64,000 nucleotides of DNA from the human T2T-CHM13v2.0 reference genome, Homo sapiens. How positions within the stretch are numbered: position 1 is the stretch's first letter; each line of letters opens with the position of its first letter. Below the pieces are notes generated by a model. That model was not told where the DNA came from. It ran no database searches and saw only the letters and a list, made by a program, of their open reading frames with translations. This document shows, one piece after another, positions 1 through 11,540 of the stretch. Both the position numbers and the translations under genes were made by a program. Location: NCBI RefSeq assembly GCF_009914755.1, contig NC_060942.1. One strand, written 5' to 3'.

Positions 1-164
1 CAGATTTGTGACCTTGTCCTCATTCTCAAAGCCACTGAGCTAACCAACCCGTCTACCAAACTCACTTGGCATTTTTTTGGTCAAGTGGGCAATAGGCAAA
101 GTAGTCTTTCTGAACTGTTTCTGGAGGGCAGAGAATGTCACTTTGATCATATCTTATGTTTAAT

Positions 165-335
165 ACATTGCTTTATAATCGTGTCAAGAACGCTGAGAGT
201 TAGGAGGTCTTGTCATTTCACAGATGAAATAGTGAAGGCCCTAAGAAGTTGCAACTTTTCAGGTCACAATCTGAGCAGCAGAGTTGGGATTCAAACCTAG
301 ACCTTGTTAGTCCAGTCCTCTTTACATCACATCTG
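165..335 (-). mobile_element. MIR SINE fragment
   Basis: Reverse-complement MIR core (catttcacagatgaaatagtgaagg...ggtcaca...gggattcaaacctag); boundaries approximate. Confidence 0.7.
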
Positions 336-344
336 TGTCCAGAC

Positions 345-485
345 CTGGACTGTCCAGCGTGGGAGCCACTAACCACATGTGACTATTAAAATTAAATTTT
401 AAAAATTCAGCTCCTCGGTCACAGTAGCCACATTTCAAGTGTTCCATAGCTAAATGTGGTTCTTTGCTACAGTTGAACAGCCCTG
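345..485. mobile_element. MER3-like hAT-Charlie MITE
   Basis: ctggactgtcca...agccactaaccacatgtgactatt...tagccacatttcaagtg...ttgaacagccctg; degenerate 8-bp flanks gtccagac/gtctaaat. Confidence 0.75.
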
Positions 486-499
486 GTCTAAATTATACA

Positions 500-625
500 T
501 ACATTTGTTGTGTCAGTAAATATTTACTGAATGCGATCTGTCTATGAGGCACAGTTTTAAGTTCTGGGTACATGGTGAATAAGGGAGACACAATGTCCTT
601 GCCCTATTGGAATTGACATTTTACA
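500..625 (-). mobile_element. L2 3' end fragment
   Basis: aaatatttactgaatg...ggcacagtttt...tccttgccct matches the reverse-complement L2 tail. Confidence 0.6.
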
Positions 626-659
626 TGATCCTTTGAGGATGTTTCCATGGTACTCCGAG

Positions 660-822
660 TCCTGCTATTCCAAGTGTGGATGGTGTACCAGCAGCATCCC
701 TGTCACCTCAGACTCAAGTAATGCAGAATGTGAAGCCCCGCTGCACATCAACTGAATCAGTATCTGCTTTACCAGGATTTCAAGTTATTTGTGTGCACTT
801 TGAAACCTGAGAAGCCTTTGTT
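660..822. mobile_element. MER5A-like hAT MITE
   Basis: ccagcagcatc...aatgcagaat...actgaatcagtatctgc...tgagaagc pattern. Confidence 0.6.
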
Positions 823-959
823 CAGCGTGCTGGTGATAACTGCGTTTAATGACTGCTCTGCTGGTTTGTTTGGTGCCTCTTAAGCAGCAGACTGCAAAAC
901 TCTTGGGAGCACTCACCATTTATGCAAATACTTGTTAAATGCCTGGCTTTCTCAATAGA

Positions 960-1085
960 GTTTAAGCTTTATGAGAGCAGAGATTGTGGCTTCCTTTTCC
1001 AGCCATGTATCACTGAAGACTTTACAGTGCCTGGTAAGCAATAAGCACTTGGTATAAATGCTTGTTGGATAAACGAATGAGTGTG
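960..1085 (+). mobile_element. L2 3' end fragment
   Basis: acagtgcctggtaagcaataagcacttggtataaatgcttgttggataaacgaatga L2 tail. Confidence 0.6.
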
Positions 1086-1106
1086 CTAGGATACTTAAGC
1101 GTGGTT

Positions 1107-1185
1107 GTTAGCTGGGTGTGGTGGCATGCGTCTGTAGTCCTAGCTATTCCAGAGTGACAGCGCGAGACCCTGTCTCAAAAAACTG
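1107..1185 (+). mobile_element. Internally deleted Alu right-monomer fragment
   Basis: ttagctgggtgtggtggcatgcgtctgtagtcctagcta joined directly to gtgacagcgcgagaccctgtctcaaaaaa. Confidence 0.8.
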
Positions 1186-1469
1186 AAAACCCAACAACAA
1201 CAAAACTGATTGTTAATCCCAAGCAGTTACAGGCAAGGTAATTCTCATGACATCAGGTGAGAGAGCATGGGACCAGAGTCAAAATGAAGATAGATCTGTT
1301 TGTAACTTTCAGTGGGACGCTCCAGCTACTCTGACTGGAGTTTTGCTCCTGGCTCACTTGCATGCCCTATCCCTCTTTTAACTAATATAATAATAATTTT
1401 GAATCTGAATCACACATTAGTGCTTCATATAGTTTTTAAAAAATTTTGTATTTTTTTAGGTAGCTAAAT

Positions 1470-1650
1470 TCCAGACATTATTTGGATTTCACCAGTTTTT
1501 CCGTTAATATCTTCTTTCTGTTCCAGAATCCAGTCCAGTGTACTACATTGTATTTTGACATCATGTTTCTTTAATATTTGGTTTGTGATAGTTTCTGTCT
1601 TGTCTGGTTTTCCATAACTTTGGTAGTTTTGAGGAATACTGTCCTGGCTT
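1470..1650 (-). mobile_element. L1MC-type 3' UTR fragment
   Basis: ctttctgttccagaatccagtcc...acattgtattt...gttttgaggaatactg typical of L1MC4/5 3' ends. Confidence 0.55.
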
Positions 1651-2071
1651 TCTTTGATGGACAGCTTTCCATACTCATTCTCATGAAAGGTCACAATCAG
1701 GTTGACGCTGTTTCTGCTTTTACTTATTTATTTATGTAATACATCTGTCATGCTTATGTAACATACAACTTTGGTACTTTTTTTTCAGTAACAGATTTCT
1801 TGGATACAGTTCCTAATTGGTTGAGATGCAGAAGAGTGTTATACCATTGCAGTTATATACCAAGTTTTATTTTTTGATGGGTTAAGAGCTGGGCTGAGGT
1901 AGAGGAGGAAGGAAAGAGGAGAGATCAGTTAAAAGAGGCAGTTAGGCAAAGAGGGACCAAGGCAAAGGGAGTGACAGATAATGGAGGAAGAGGAGTGCGG
2001 CAACTTCGTAGAAGAGAGTTAGGAGTGACTACTTACTGTTTGTTCATTTATTCAATTAATATTTATTGACT

Positions 2072-2415
2072 CAGCAGTCCCAGTCTCTCTGGCACCAGGG
2101 ACCAGTTTTGTGGAAGACAGTTTTTCCGTGGACCAGGTTGGGGGCCAGGGGAATGGTTTCGGGATGAAACCGTTACACCTCAGATCATCAGGCATTAGAT
2201 TCTCATAAGTCTTGTGCAACCTAGATCCCTCATATGTAAAATTCACAGTAGTGTTTGCCCTATGAGAATTTAATGCCGCTGGTGATCTGACCGGAAGGAG
2301 GTGGAGCTCAGGCAGTAATGCTCGCTTGCCCACTGCTCACCTCCTGCTGTGTGGCCAGGTTTCTAACAGGCCACAGACTGGTACTGGTTCATGGCTTGGG
2401 GGTTGGGGACCCCTG
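2072..2415. mobile_element. MER1B hAT-Charlie MITE, nested in an L2 tail (about 2035-2640)
   Basis: TIRs cagcagtcccc / ggggacccctg; internal tggcaccagggaccagtttt, cacctcagatcatcaggcattagattctcataag; degenerate TSD tattgact/tatggagc. Confidence 0.9.
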
Positions 2416-2949
2416 TATGGAGCGATTAATGTGTGCCACACCCAGTGCTGTAGTCTCAAGATAACTGGGGGTGGATAGCATTAAATAAACATGCAAATAA
2501 GTACATAAATACAATTTGTGATTATTGCTACACATTAGCAGTAAAGGATGCTGGAGAGATTGTAGGTGGGGGAACTTCAGGTTGGCTGGGTTGGGGAGGA
2601 CGGCTTCTCTGGGTATGTAACATTTAAACTCCTGCACCTGACTTTTGGGGACCCTTCAGAGTTACCCTCCACATTTCTTATCCCATTTTTATGTTATTTC
2701 ACAACCCCCGACACATGCCTCTTTCTTCATAGGCACTTTGCTTATTTCTGGCTCTGTACCTTTTTATGTGATTTCTTCTCCTTCCCAAGATGTCCCCTTC
2801 TCCACCTCCACTTGTGGAAGTGCTACCTGTTTTTCATAGATTTGCTCAAGGTCTTTCTCCTTGATGAAGTTATTCACTGTTGATTTATGCCTCTTGAGTG
2901 TATGGTGTTTAAGGGTAGGGATAACAGTTTACATTTATATCTGTGTGTC

Positions 2950-5900
2950 CTCATTTAGTCCTCAGTTACCTGGTTGCTTCCAATGGTATCATTTTGTAAA
3001 GCTATAGTACAATTTCCAGACCTGTAATAGTCACATTGAAACAGTCAAGATAGAGAAAATTTTCATGGCCACAAGATTTCCTTATGTTTTTTTGTAGCCA
3101 CACCTACTACCCTTCTACCTCCACCCCCTCCTTAAACTCTGACAATTACTAATTTGTTCATTTCTGTAATTTTGCCATTTTAAGAATGTTTTATAAATGG
3201 GATAAGTGTCTTTTGGAATTGGCTTTATTCACTCAGCATAATTCTCTGGAGATTGATCCAGGTTGTTGCATGTATCAGTAATTACTCCCTTTTCATTGCT
3301 AAGTAATATTCCATAGTATGAATGTACTTTTACGGATCTTTTAACCATTTACCTGTTGAACATCTGGTTGTTTCTAGTTTTTGGCTATTGTGAATAAAGC
3401 TGCTGTAAGCTTTTGTGTATAGGTTTTTGTGTGAACAGAGTCTTTATTTCTCTGGGATATATGCCCAGGAGTACACTTACTGGGTTGGGTGGCAGTTGCA
3501 TGTTTAGTTTTTTAAAAAACTGGTGAGCTGTTTTGTAAAATGTTCTAGCATGGCTGGAACATCCCAAAGTGCCGGGATTACAGGCATGAGGCACCACGCC
3601 TGGCCTGTCACCATTTAGCCATTCTGATAGGTGTATAGGGATGTCTCATTGTGGTTTTAACGTGCATTTCCTTAAAGGCTAATGATGTTGAACACTTCTC
3701 ATGTGCTTATTTGTCAACTGTATATTTTCTTCAGGGAACTATCTTTTGTTCATTTTCTAATGGGATTGTTTGTCCTTTTTACTATTAACTTTTGAGACTT
3801 GTTTATTCTTTATATATTCTAAATACTGGTCCTTTGTTGGGTATGTTGTTTGTCTGTAGCTTGTCTTTTCATCCCCTTAATAAGGTCTTTTGCAGAGCAA
3901 AAGTTTTAAATTTGTTGAAGTCCAGTTTCTCAGTTTATTTTTTTATGGATCATTCTTTTTGGTGTCAAGTCTGGGAACTCTTTGCCTAGCCCTAGATCCT
4001 GAAGATTTTTCCCTTGTGCTTTTTTTCCCTAATAGTTTTGTGGTTTTTACATGATCCAGTTTATGAAGCTGAGATTTAGGTCAAAATTGTGTGTGTGTTT
4101 GTGTGTGTGTTTATGCGTGTGTCTATGGATGTTCAGTTACTTCAGCACCATTCCTTGAAAAGGCTGTCATTCCTCCGTTGAATTGCCTTTGTATCTTTGT
4201 AAAAAAGCATTTGGAGCTGGGAGTGGTGGGCATGGGCATGGGGTAGACTGATTCCTCCTACACTTTTTTTCCCCCGTTATTTTAGCTGTTCTAGTTCCTT
4301 TGCTTTTCCTTATAAATTGTAGAATAATCTTGTTTATATCTACAAAAAAGGTCTTTCTGGGCTTTTGATACAAATTGCAGTAGACCTGTATCAGTATGGA
4401 GAAGATCGACGTCTTTAGTATGTATGTTGCATTTTTCAATCTGTGAACACAGGTTGTCTCTCCATTTATTTAGATCCTTGATTTCTTTCATCAGCATTGT
4501 GTAGTTTTATCATGCAAGTCCTGTACATATGTTTTGTTAGTTTTTATTGGATTTGTTTTGTTACATTTGTAAGTAAATATTTCTTTTTATATTTTAGTAA
4601 TTGTAACGGTATTTTTAATTTTGGTGTCCATGTACTCATTGCCAGTATGTAGAAATATAATTAACTTTCATATGTTGATTTTGTATTCCACAATCTTGCT
4701 GAACCTACTTATTAGTTCTAGGAGTTCTTCTGGAGATTCCTTGGGATTTTCTATGCAGACTACCATGTTACCTGCAAAGAGGAACAATTTTATTCTTTTC
4801 CTTTTTAATCTGCACACTTTTTCTTGCCTTTTCTTGCCATGTTGCACTGGCTGAAATATCAGCACTATGATGAATAAGAAGGGTGAGAAAGGACAGTCTT
4901 TGTGATCTTGGGGGAAAGCATTCCTTCAGTCCTTAACTATGAGGTATAATGTTAACTATAGGATTTTCATGGATGCTGTTTATCAAGTTAGGGAAGTTCC
5001 TCTCTGTTCCTATCTTCCTGAGAGTTTTTATCATGAGTGAGTGTTGAATTTTATTGTGTTTTTTGTTCATCAGTTGATCTGATCATGTGATTTTTCTTCT
5101 TTAGCCTGTCAATATGGTGCATTGTATTGATTTATTTTTTAAATATTGAGCCAGCCTTACATCCATGGCATGAAACTTGGTCACAGTATAACACTTTTTG
5201 TACATATGTTGCTGAATTCCATTTACTAATATTTTGTTAAGGAATTTTGCACTTAGATTCATGGGGGCATTTAGCAATGTTTCCCTCTCAGCACTGTTTT
5301 CTCTGTGTTCCACACCTTTGTTTTATTTTTATTTCCATTCAATTCAATGTCTGTTTTTATTTTATCTTGGGACTTCCACTTTGAGCCATGGTATGTTGAA
5401 GAGGGCTGTTGAGATTCCAAGTATTAGGAAATTTTCCTTTCATCTTCTGTTTTCGGTTTCTAGTTTGATTCCATTTTGGTTGGAGAGCACACTCTGATTT
5501 CAGTTCTTTTAAATTTATTGAGGTTTGTTTTACAGCCCAGAATATGGTCTGTCTGTGGGCCCCTGAATGAAATGTGTTTTCTGCTCTTACATCCTGTTGG
5601 TTGATGATGCTGTTGAATTCTGTGTCTTTGCTTGTTTTTGTCAAGGCATTCTATCAACTGTGGAGAGAGAAGGCCAGTTATTTTCTCTGGTTATGGGACT
5701 CTGTGTTGATAGTTCTTTCAGCCCTTGAAAAAATTATACCACTTTCTTCTGGCTTCCATGGTTTCTGAGGAGAAATCCACTGTCATTCTAATAATTTTTC
5801 CTCTGTAGAAAGGAATCGTTTTTCTCTCACTGTTCTCAGGATTTTTTCTTCGTCTTTAGTTTTCGAAAGTTTTATTATGATACATTTCGGTGTGGATTCC

Positions 5901-7228
5901 TTTGGGTTTATACTGCTTGGGGTTCACTCAGATTCCTAAATCTGTAAGTTTATGTCACTTGCCAAATTTAGGAAGTTTTCACCATTACTTTTTTGAGTAC
6001 TTTTTCAGCCTGCCCTCTTTCTCCTCTTCTTTCAAGACTCTGATGACTGGAATGTTCAGTCTTTTGTTATGATTCCACATGTTTTTGAGGCTTTGTCAAT
6101 TTTTCTTTAGTCCATTTCTCTCTTATTCATATTGGGCTCTTGTCTTCCAGTTCCTTTCCTGTGTCCTTCCCTCCCTTTCTGCTGCTGAGTCTTTTTATTT
6201 TGGTATTTTTCAGCTCTAAAATTTGCTTTAGGTTTTTCTTCATATCTTGTATTTCTTTGTTGAGGCTTTTTGTTTATTTATTCTTAATTTGTTTCAAGCA
6301 TGCTTGTAATTATTGAAGCATGTCTATCACAGCTGCTTTAAAATTGTTGTCAGATAATTCTAACATCTCTCTTCTTGGTGTTGCTGCCTCCTGATGTCTT
6401 TTTCATTCAGTTTGAGTTCATCCTGGCTCTTGGTATGATGAGTGATTTTTAAATGAAAACCTGGGTGTTTTTATATTATACTATGAGATTCTGGATCTTA
6501 CTTAAGCCTTCTGTTTTAGCTCGCTTTGTTTTGATACCACCCTGGCGGGGGAAGGTTGGTGGGGAGGGCACATGGCACTGTCTAGTGATCACTAGAGGAA
6601 ATTAGAAGTACAGGCTCCCCACTTGGCCTTTCTTGACCCAAGAGGTACAGTATCTTGTTTCCACCAGGTGGGAGTAGAGGTCCAGGATATCCGGGGGAGA
6701 GGGTGTATGTGGAAGGGTGCCTTGTTACCAGCTGATGTAAATGAAAGCTTGGGCTCCCTACTTGGCCTTCTCAACACCACCCTGGTGTGTGGGAAGTGGG
6801 TGCCTTATTATAACCCGGGGAGTACGTGAAGTCTAGGCTACCCACCTGACCTTTGTTGGCATGGGTCGGGGTAAGGCTACAGTTTTTTTCTGTGATGTTT
6901 GTCTGGAGTAGAGTGGTTTTTTTCCTATCAGTTTTCTGTCTCAGTAGGATGTCCCTTTCTTGGTCTTTTGACTTTTTTTCCCTTCTGCTTCTGTTAATGT
7001 TTCCAGGTTTCAGATTGCTGCCATTTTCAACTCCAGAAAGCTGGGATATATGAGGCAAAAATAAGTCTCAGGGAACTCACCATTTTATTGTTCCTTGCAG
7101 CCTGAGGTCCCTAGCCTTCTTCTCTCCACAGTTAAGAATCTTCTCATGTTTGTTTTATATGTAATGTTCAGAGTTTTCAGTTGTGCTTAGTGGGAGGAAT
7201 AGGGAAAATACATCTGCTTCATCTTCCT
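2950..7228 (-). mobile_element. Old L1MC/L1MD element, internally deleted, 3' UTR to 5' region
   Basis: L1M 3' UTR at ~2960-3500; minus-strand ORF2 peptide remnants (LFAGNMVVCIENPKES, KFLNKILVNGIQQH, DHILGCKTNLNKFKRTEI); 5' end-like catcttcctggaa at ~7225. Confidence 0.85.
3562..3605 (-). mobile_element. Alu 5' stub (44 bp)
   Basis: tcccaaagtgccgggattacaggcatgaggcaccacgcctggcc is the reverse complement of the Alu start only. Confidence 0.85.
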
Positions 7229-7239
7229 GGAATTGAATA

Positions 7240-7508
7240 TCCCCGAAGGATCAGTTTGTAACATTTCTTCTTTTCATGGGCTGATGTTTTCCTAATATGT
7301 GTAAAATATGAATTGCAAGAAAAATGAAATTAAAAACCACAATATATAATTTCCATTTCAAAAATTATTGGATTCAGTAGATGTAACATTTATCTGTCAA
7401 ATTGCTACCAAAGTTTCTAAATGCTTGCTCTCACCCTCTCTCCTTACTCCTCATGGACTAGGTGAGTGCCAGTTTGCCATCTAGGAACTAGACTTTGACT
7501 AGCACTGC
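7240..7508. mobile_element. Charlie4-like hAT remnant
   Basis: tgtcaaattgctaccaaagtttctaaatgcttgctctc ... actttgactagcactg terminus. Confidence 0.45.
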
Positions 7509-8879
7509 CTGGAGTGTTACTGCTTGATTCTTTTTAAAATGATAGACTAGTGATTAGCCATTCAGTTGAACTTCTCTGCTGTTTTCCATGGATTTTTGTA
7601 GGGACACCTTCAATGTGAAGCCCATTTTAGTCCTTAATGGGGAGGGATGTTTGGGATTGTTTTGAGGGCAGATGTAGCAGCGGTGATGAGAGTTGAGAGT
7701 GCATCTCTGATTTCAAGTGATCCATTTGTTGTTCAGTGTTTAGAATTCTTATAAATTTTTACAAATTATAAATTCTTATAAATCGTTATGAGACTCCTTT
7801 AAATCCTTCGTTGTAATTTATGACTTCTAATGTTAGAGAACATATGATTGATTTTGATTCTGTAAAGATGTCTAAGTATTGGCTTCCAGTATGTTAATCT
7901 TTTGATTGACAGCCTTGAGTATAGGACAAACTTCTATGGGAACCAGGAGGTGATTTGAAGACAGTTCTTTAGGTTTAAGCATCATGGAAGTTATGACTTC
8001 TCATTGAAAAAAGAATATTTTTAAAGTATCAGTTCATTTGTAGAAAGGAGTAGAATTTGCATTGCATTGGTAGAGACACATACTAAGTTATTGGATTGTC
8101 CTTTGGAATCTACACATTATGTTTTATAATTTATTGTTGTCTTTCAGGTTAAAGGGTAGGAGGAAATTTCTGGGACTATTGAAACTCTCATTTGTCCATT
8201 CCTAAGAATTAGTGAGTTATCAGTAAACACTTTACTAACATTTACAAGTCCCCATGCGTGGCAGGGACTGTAAAAAAAGGTAGGAAGGCAGCACTGTCAT
8301 AGTGGAGAGGCCTGATGCTTTGGAGATTGAAGTCCATATTGTGTTCGTATTAGGACTGCAGAATAAATTTTAATTATTTTAAGTGTTTCCATGCAAAGGG
8401 AACACTGTCTCAAGTAACAGAACTGATATAGGGAGAGTAGCCGTGAGAGTTTCAACTTTTACTTAGACTGGGGGCAAAAGATGACTAAAACAGCTCTGCC
8501 ACTGGGGATAGGAAATAAGGGTAACATGGTCTCTGATCTGAAACCTGTGAGGGGATTGAGAAAGTAGAGGGAAGAAAAGGGTGGTTAATTTAGACTGAGA
8601 GTCTTTGAACAGGGCTGGAAATCCTTTGATGAGCAACCTCTGGGGCATTTCATTGCATGAGATGTATACATACTCCTGGAGAGAAAGGACCTTTGTGGCA
8701 GGAGCTTTTCACTGGAAATGCTTTGAGAAGGGGATGCAACACTGGCAGCTTATCAGCTGGTCCTTGTGCTGTGGTCCTGCCCTATGCTGTGGTAATAGTA
8801 AGTTGGTTCAGACAGATGTGAATGTAGGCTATTGATAATTGGAGATGGGGAAGCAAAACAAAATAAATCACAACTTAGA

Positions 8880-9075
8880 ATATCTCTGGCCATATACCAA
8901 GCACAATTCTAAGTGCTGTACTTATATTAATTCATTTGCTCTTTATAACAAAATTAAATGGCACTGAGAAGATAAGTGGTAAAGCTGGACAGGTAAACCT
9001 GTCCCCATGGCTGTGCATTTAATGTGTCAGTCTGGCTCCACAGATTATGGTCTTAACTGTTTAACTAGACTACCT
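8880..9075 (-). mobile_element. MIR fragment
   Basis: ataccaagcacaattctaagtgctgtacttatattaattcattt...actgagaagataagt. Confidence 0.55.
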
Positions 9076-9089
9076 TGCTCGGATAGTTT

Positions 9090-10980
9090 GGGAAAGATTG
9101 AGAGGGGCTTTGAATACCAACAAAAAGAGTATGGATGTTCTTTGGAATGCAGGAGGGAGCTGTTGAAGGATTTTGACGAGGGCATTGATTGACATAATCA
9201 GAATTAAGCTTTAACATACATGTAGGTGAGTGATTGCTATTTCAAAAGACTAGAGGTAGGAAATGAGGCTAATGCACTACTTCACATGACTTTGTATGCA
9301 GGAGCATACAGGTGCATTTTTAGAAATGGAATCAGATGGTCTCGTCAATGGGTGAAGGAAAAATAAGTCAATCACTTGATTTGTAAGGGGTGTCACCATT
9401 AACAGCAATGGAAAAAAACAGAGTTTGAGAAGAGTTAATGAATGTGTCTTGGTACATATCCAGTTGCAGGTGTCAGAGAAGGATTCCAGGTGGAACTGTC
9501 CTGTAGGCTTCATAGTTGGAGCACTGCATCTTGTTGGGAGAGGTCAGGTCTGGAGGTGCAGATGAGCATCATCAGCATTGAAATGATGAAAACAGGGAGT
9601 GGTAGAAAGGGCTGAGGAATAAACCTGAGGGGATACTTACAGTTACGGGCCCGGATGAGGAAAGTGACTTTTACATCCTCACTGGGCACATATTTATTGA
9701 GTATCTGTTTGTGCCAGGCACTGTGACTACAATGGGAACTAAACAGACATAGATCCTGTCTTTGTTGATCATACAATTTAATGAGGAAGATAAAAATAGA
9801 AACAATTAAGTAAACAATGGGAGAAATGACATTTCAGCTGAGACCCAGAGGTCAAAAAGATTTTAATAATACAAAGAGTATGGGCAAGAGGATTCTGGTA
9901 AAAAAGAATGCTATGCACAGAGACTGTGTAGCAAAGAGGACTCATTCTGTTTAAGGAACTGAAATACCAGTGTGGCTGAAGGGCCATTGGTGCAAGGGAT
10001 GGGGGTGGGGTGAGATGAAGGTAGGAAAATTGGCATGGTATAGCTGATGCAAGACCTCATTCTCAGTGCTGTTGAAAGGTTTTGAGTAGGAGAAAGCTCT
10101 GCTCCTGATTTTAAGCAGATCACCCCTGCTGCAGTGTGGAGAATGGATTTGGGTGAGAGGGTGGGATGGGTAAAGGGGAGGCATGGAGATCAGTTGGGAA
10201 GCTCTTGCAGGAGGCCTGGACTAAATGGTGGTAGTGGATATGTCTGAGGCTGGGGATCAGGCTCTGGTGTTTGTCTCAGCAAGCTCTTCTGGCCTTCACC
10301 TTAGTACCTTTGTTTTTCTTTATCATCATATGTATCATGTTACCCCTCTCTGTTTATCCTTGCCCCTTTTAGACTGTGAATCCCTTATGTAGGGATAAGG
10401 ACCTTCTCTTACTGGTCTGCCTACCACCTGAAAAGTGATCAGTAAATGTTGAATAAATCAATGTACTTGTCTTCATACTGAGGTTGTTTTCCTGTTGTTG
10501 TTGTTGTTTTTCCTTGAGAGGAGTTGCAAGACGTGGGAGGCTGTGGGCAGGGTTCCACGGGAGAAGGAGGATGCTGCATGTCTGGGACTTGTGAGGAGGA
10601 AGCACTGAAGAAATCTATGTGGCACACGGAGGTGTTTTCAGGTGTTGAACCATAGGGAGGTCTACGTGATTTCCTCATTAGGAGGATTAGAGAGGGCAGA
10701 GTCAGGAAACCAATAGAGGAGGCCTTATAAAGAAGACAGTTGCTGATGTCCAGTGCTGCTGAACAGGCAGGAGGGTGAAAAGATTCTTTCTCTGCTCTCT
10801 GTAGTTTTAGCAGAGGCGGAAGAGCAGAAATCTATTACCAGGGGATAGGAGTGACAGCAAATGTAGACCATTCCCTGAGGAAGTATTTGGGAGAGGAGAA
10901 AGGAGGAGATTGTAGCTTGCATTCGGGGTAGTTGAGGCAAGTGGTTTTTAGGATAGGAAGGAGCAGAACCTATTATTAGT
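9090..10980 (-). mobile_element. Cluster of L2 fragments, mostly minus; plus-strand L2 tail at ~10270-10460
   Basis: Purine-rich L2 body; atatttattgagtatctgtttgtgccaggcactg tail at ~9690; agactgtgaatccc...aaatgttgaataaat at 10370-10460. Confidence 0.7.
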
Positions 10981-11187
10981 AGGTCGTAGGTTATGTTGAG
11001 TCAGGGTAGTAAGGTATATGAGAGTCACTGAGGGGTGACGGGGGACAAGGAAGGTCAACTGTGGTGACTGGAGATGGCAAGCACCCCATTGCAAGAGGGC
11101 AGCTAATCACCTACTAGGATTTTGCTCTTTGGGTATGCTCAGTCAGTGGTGGCAGATAATTTTTTTTTTTTAAACCAGAGAAGCTAG

Positions 11188-11540
<353 letters not shown>

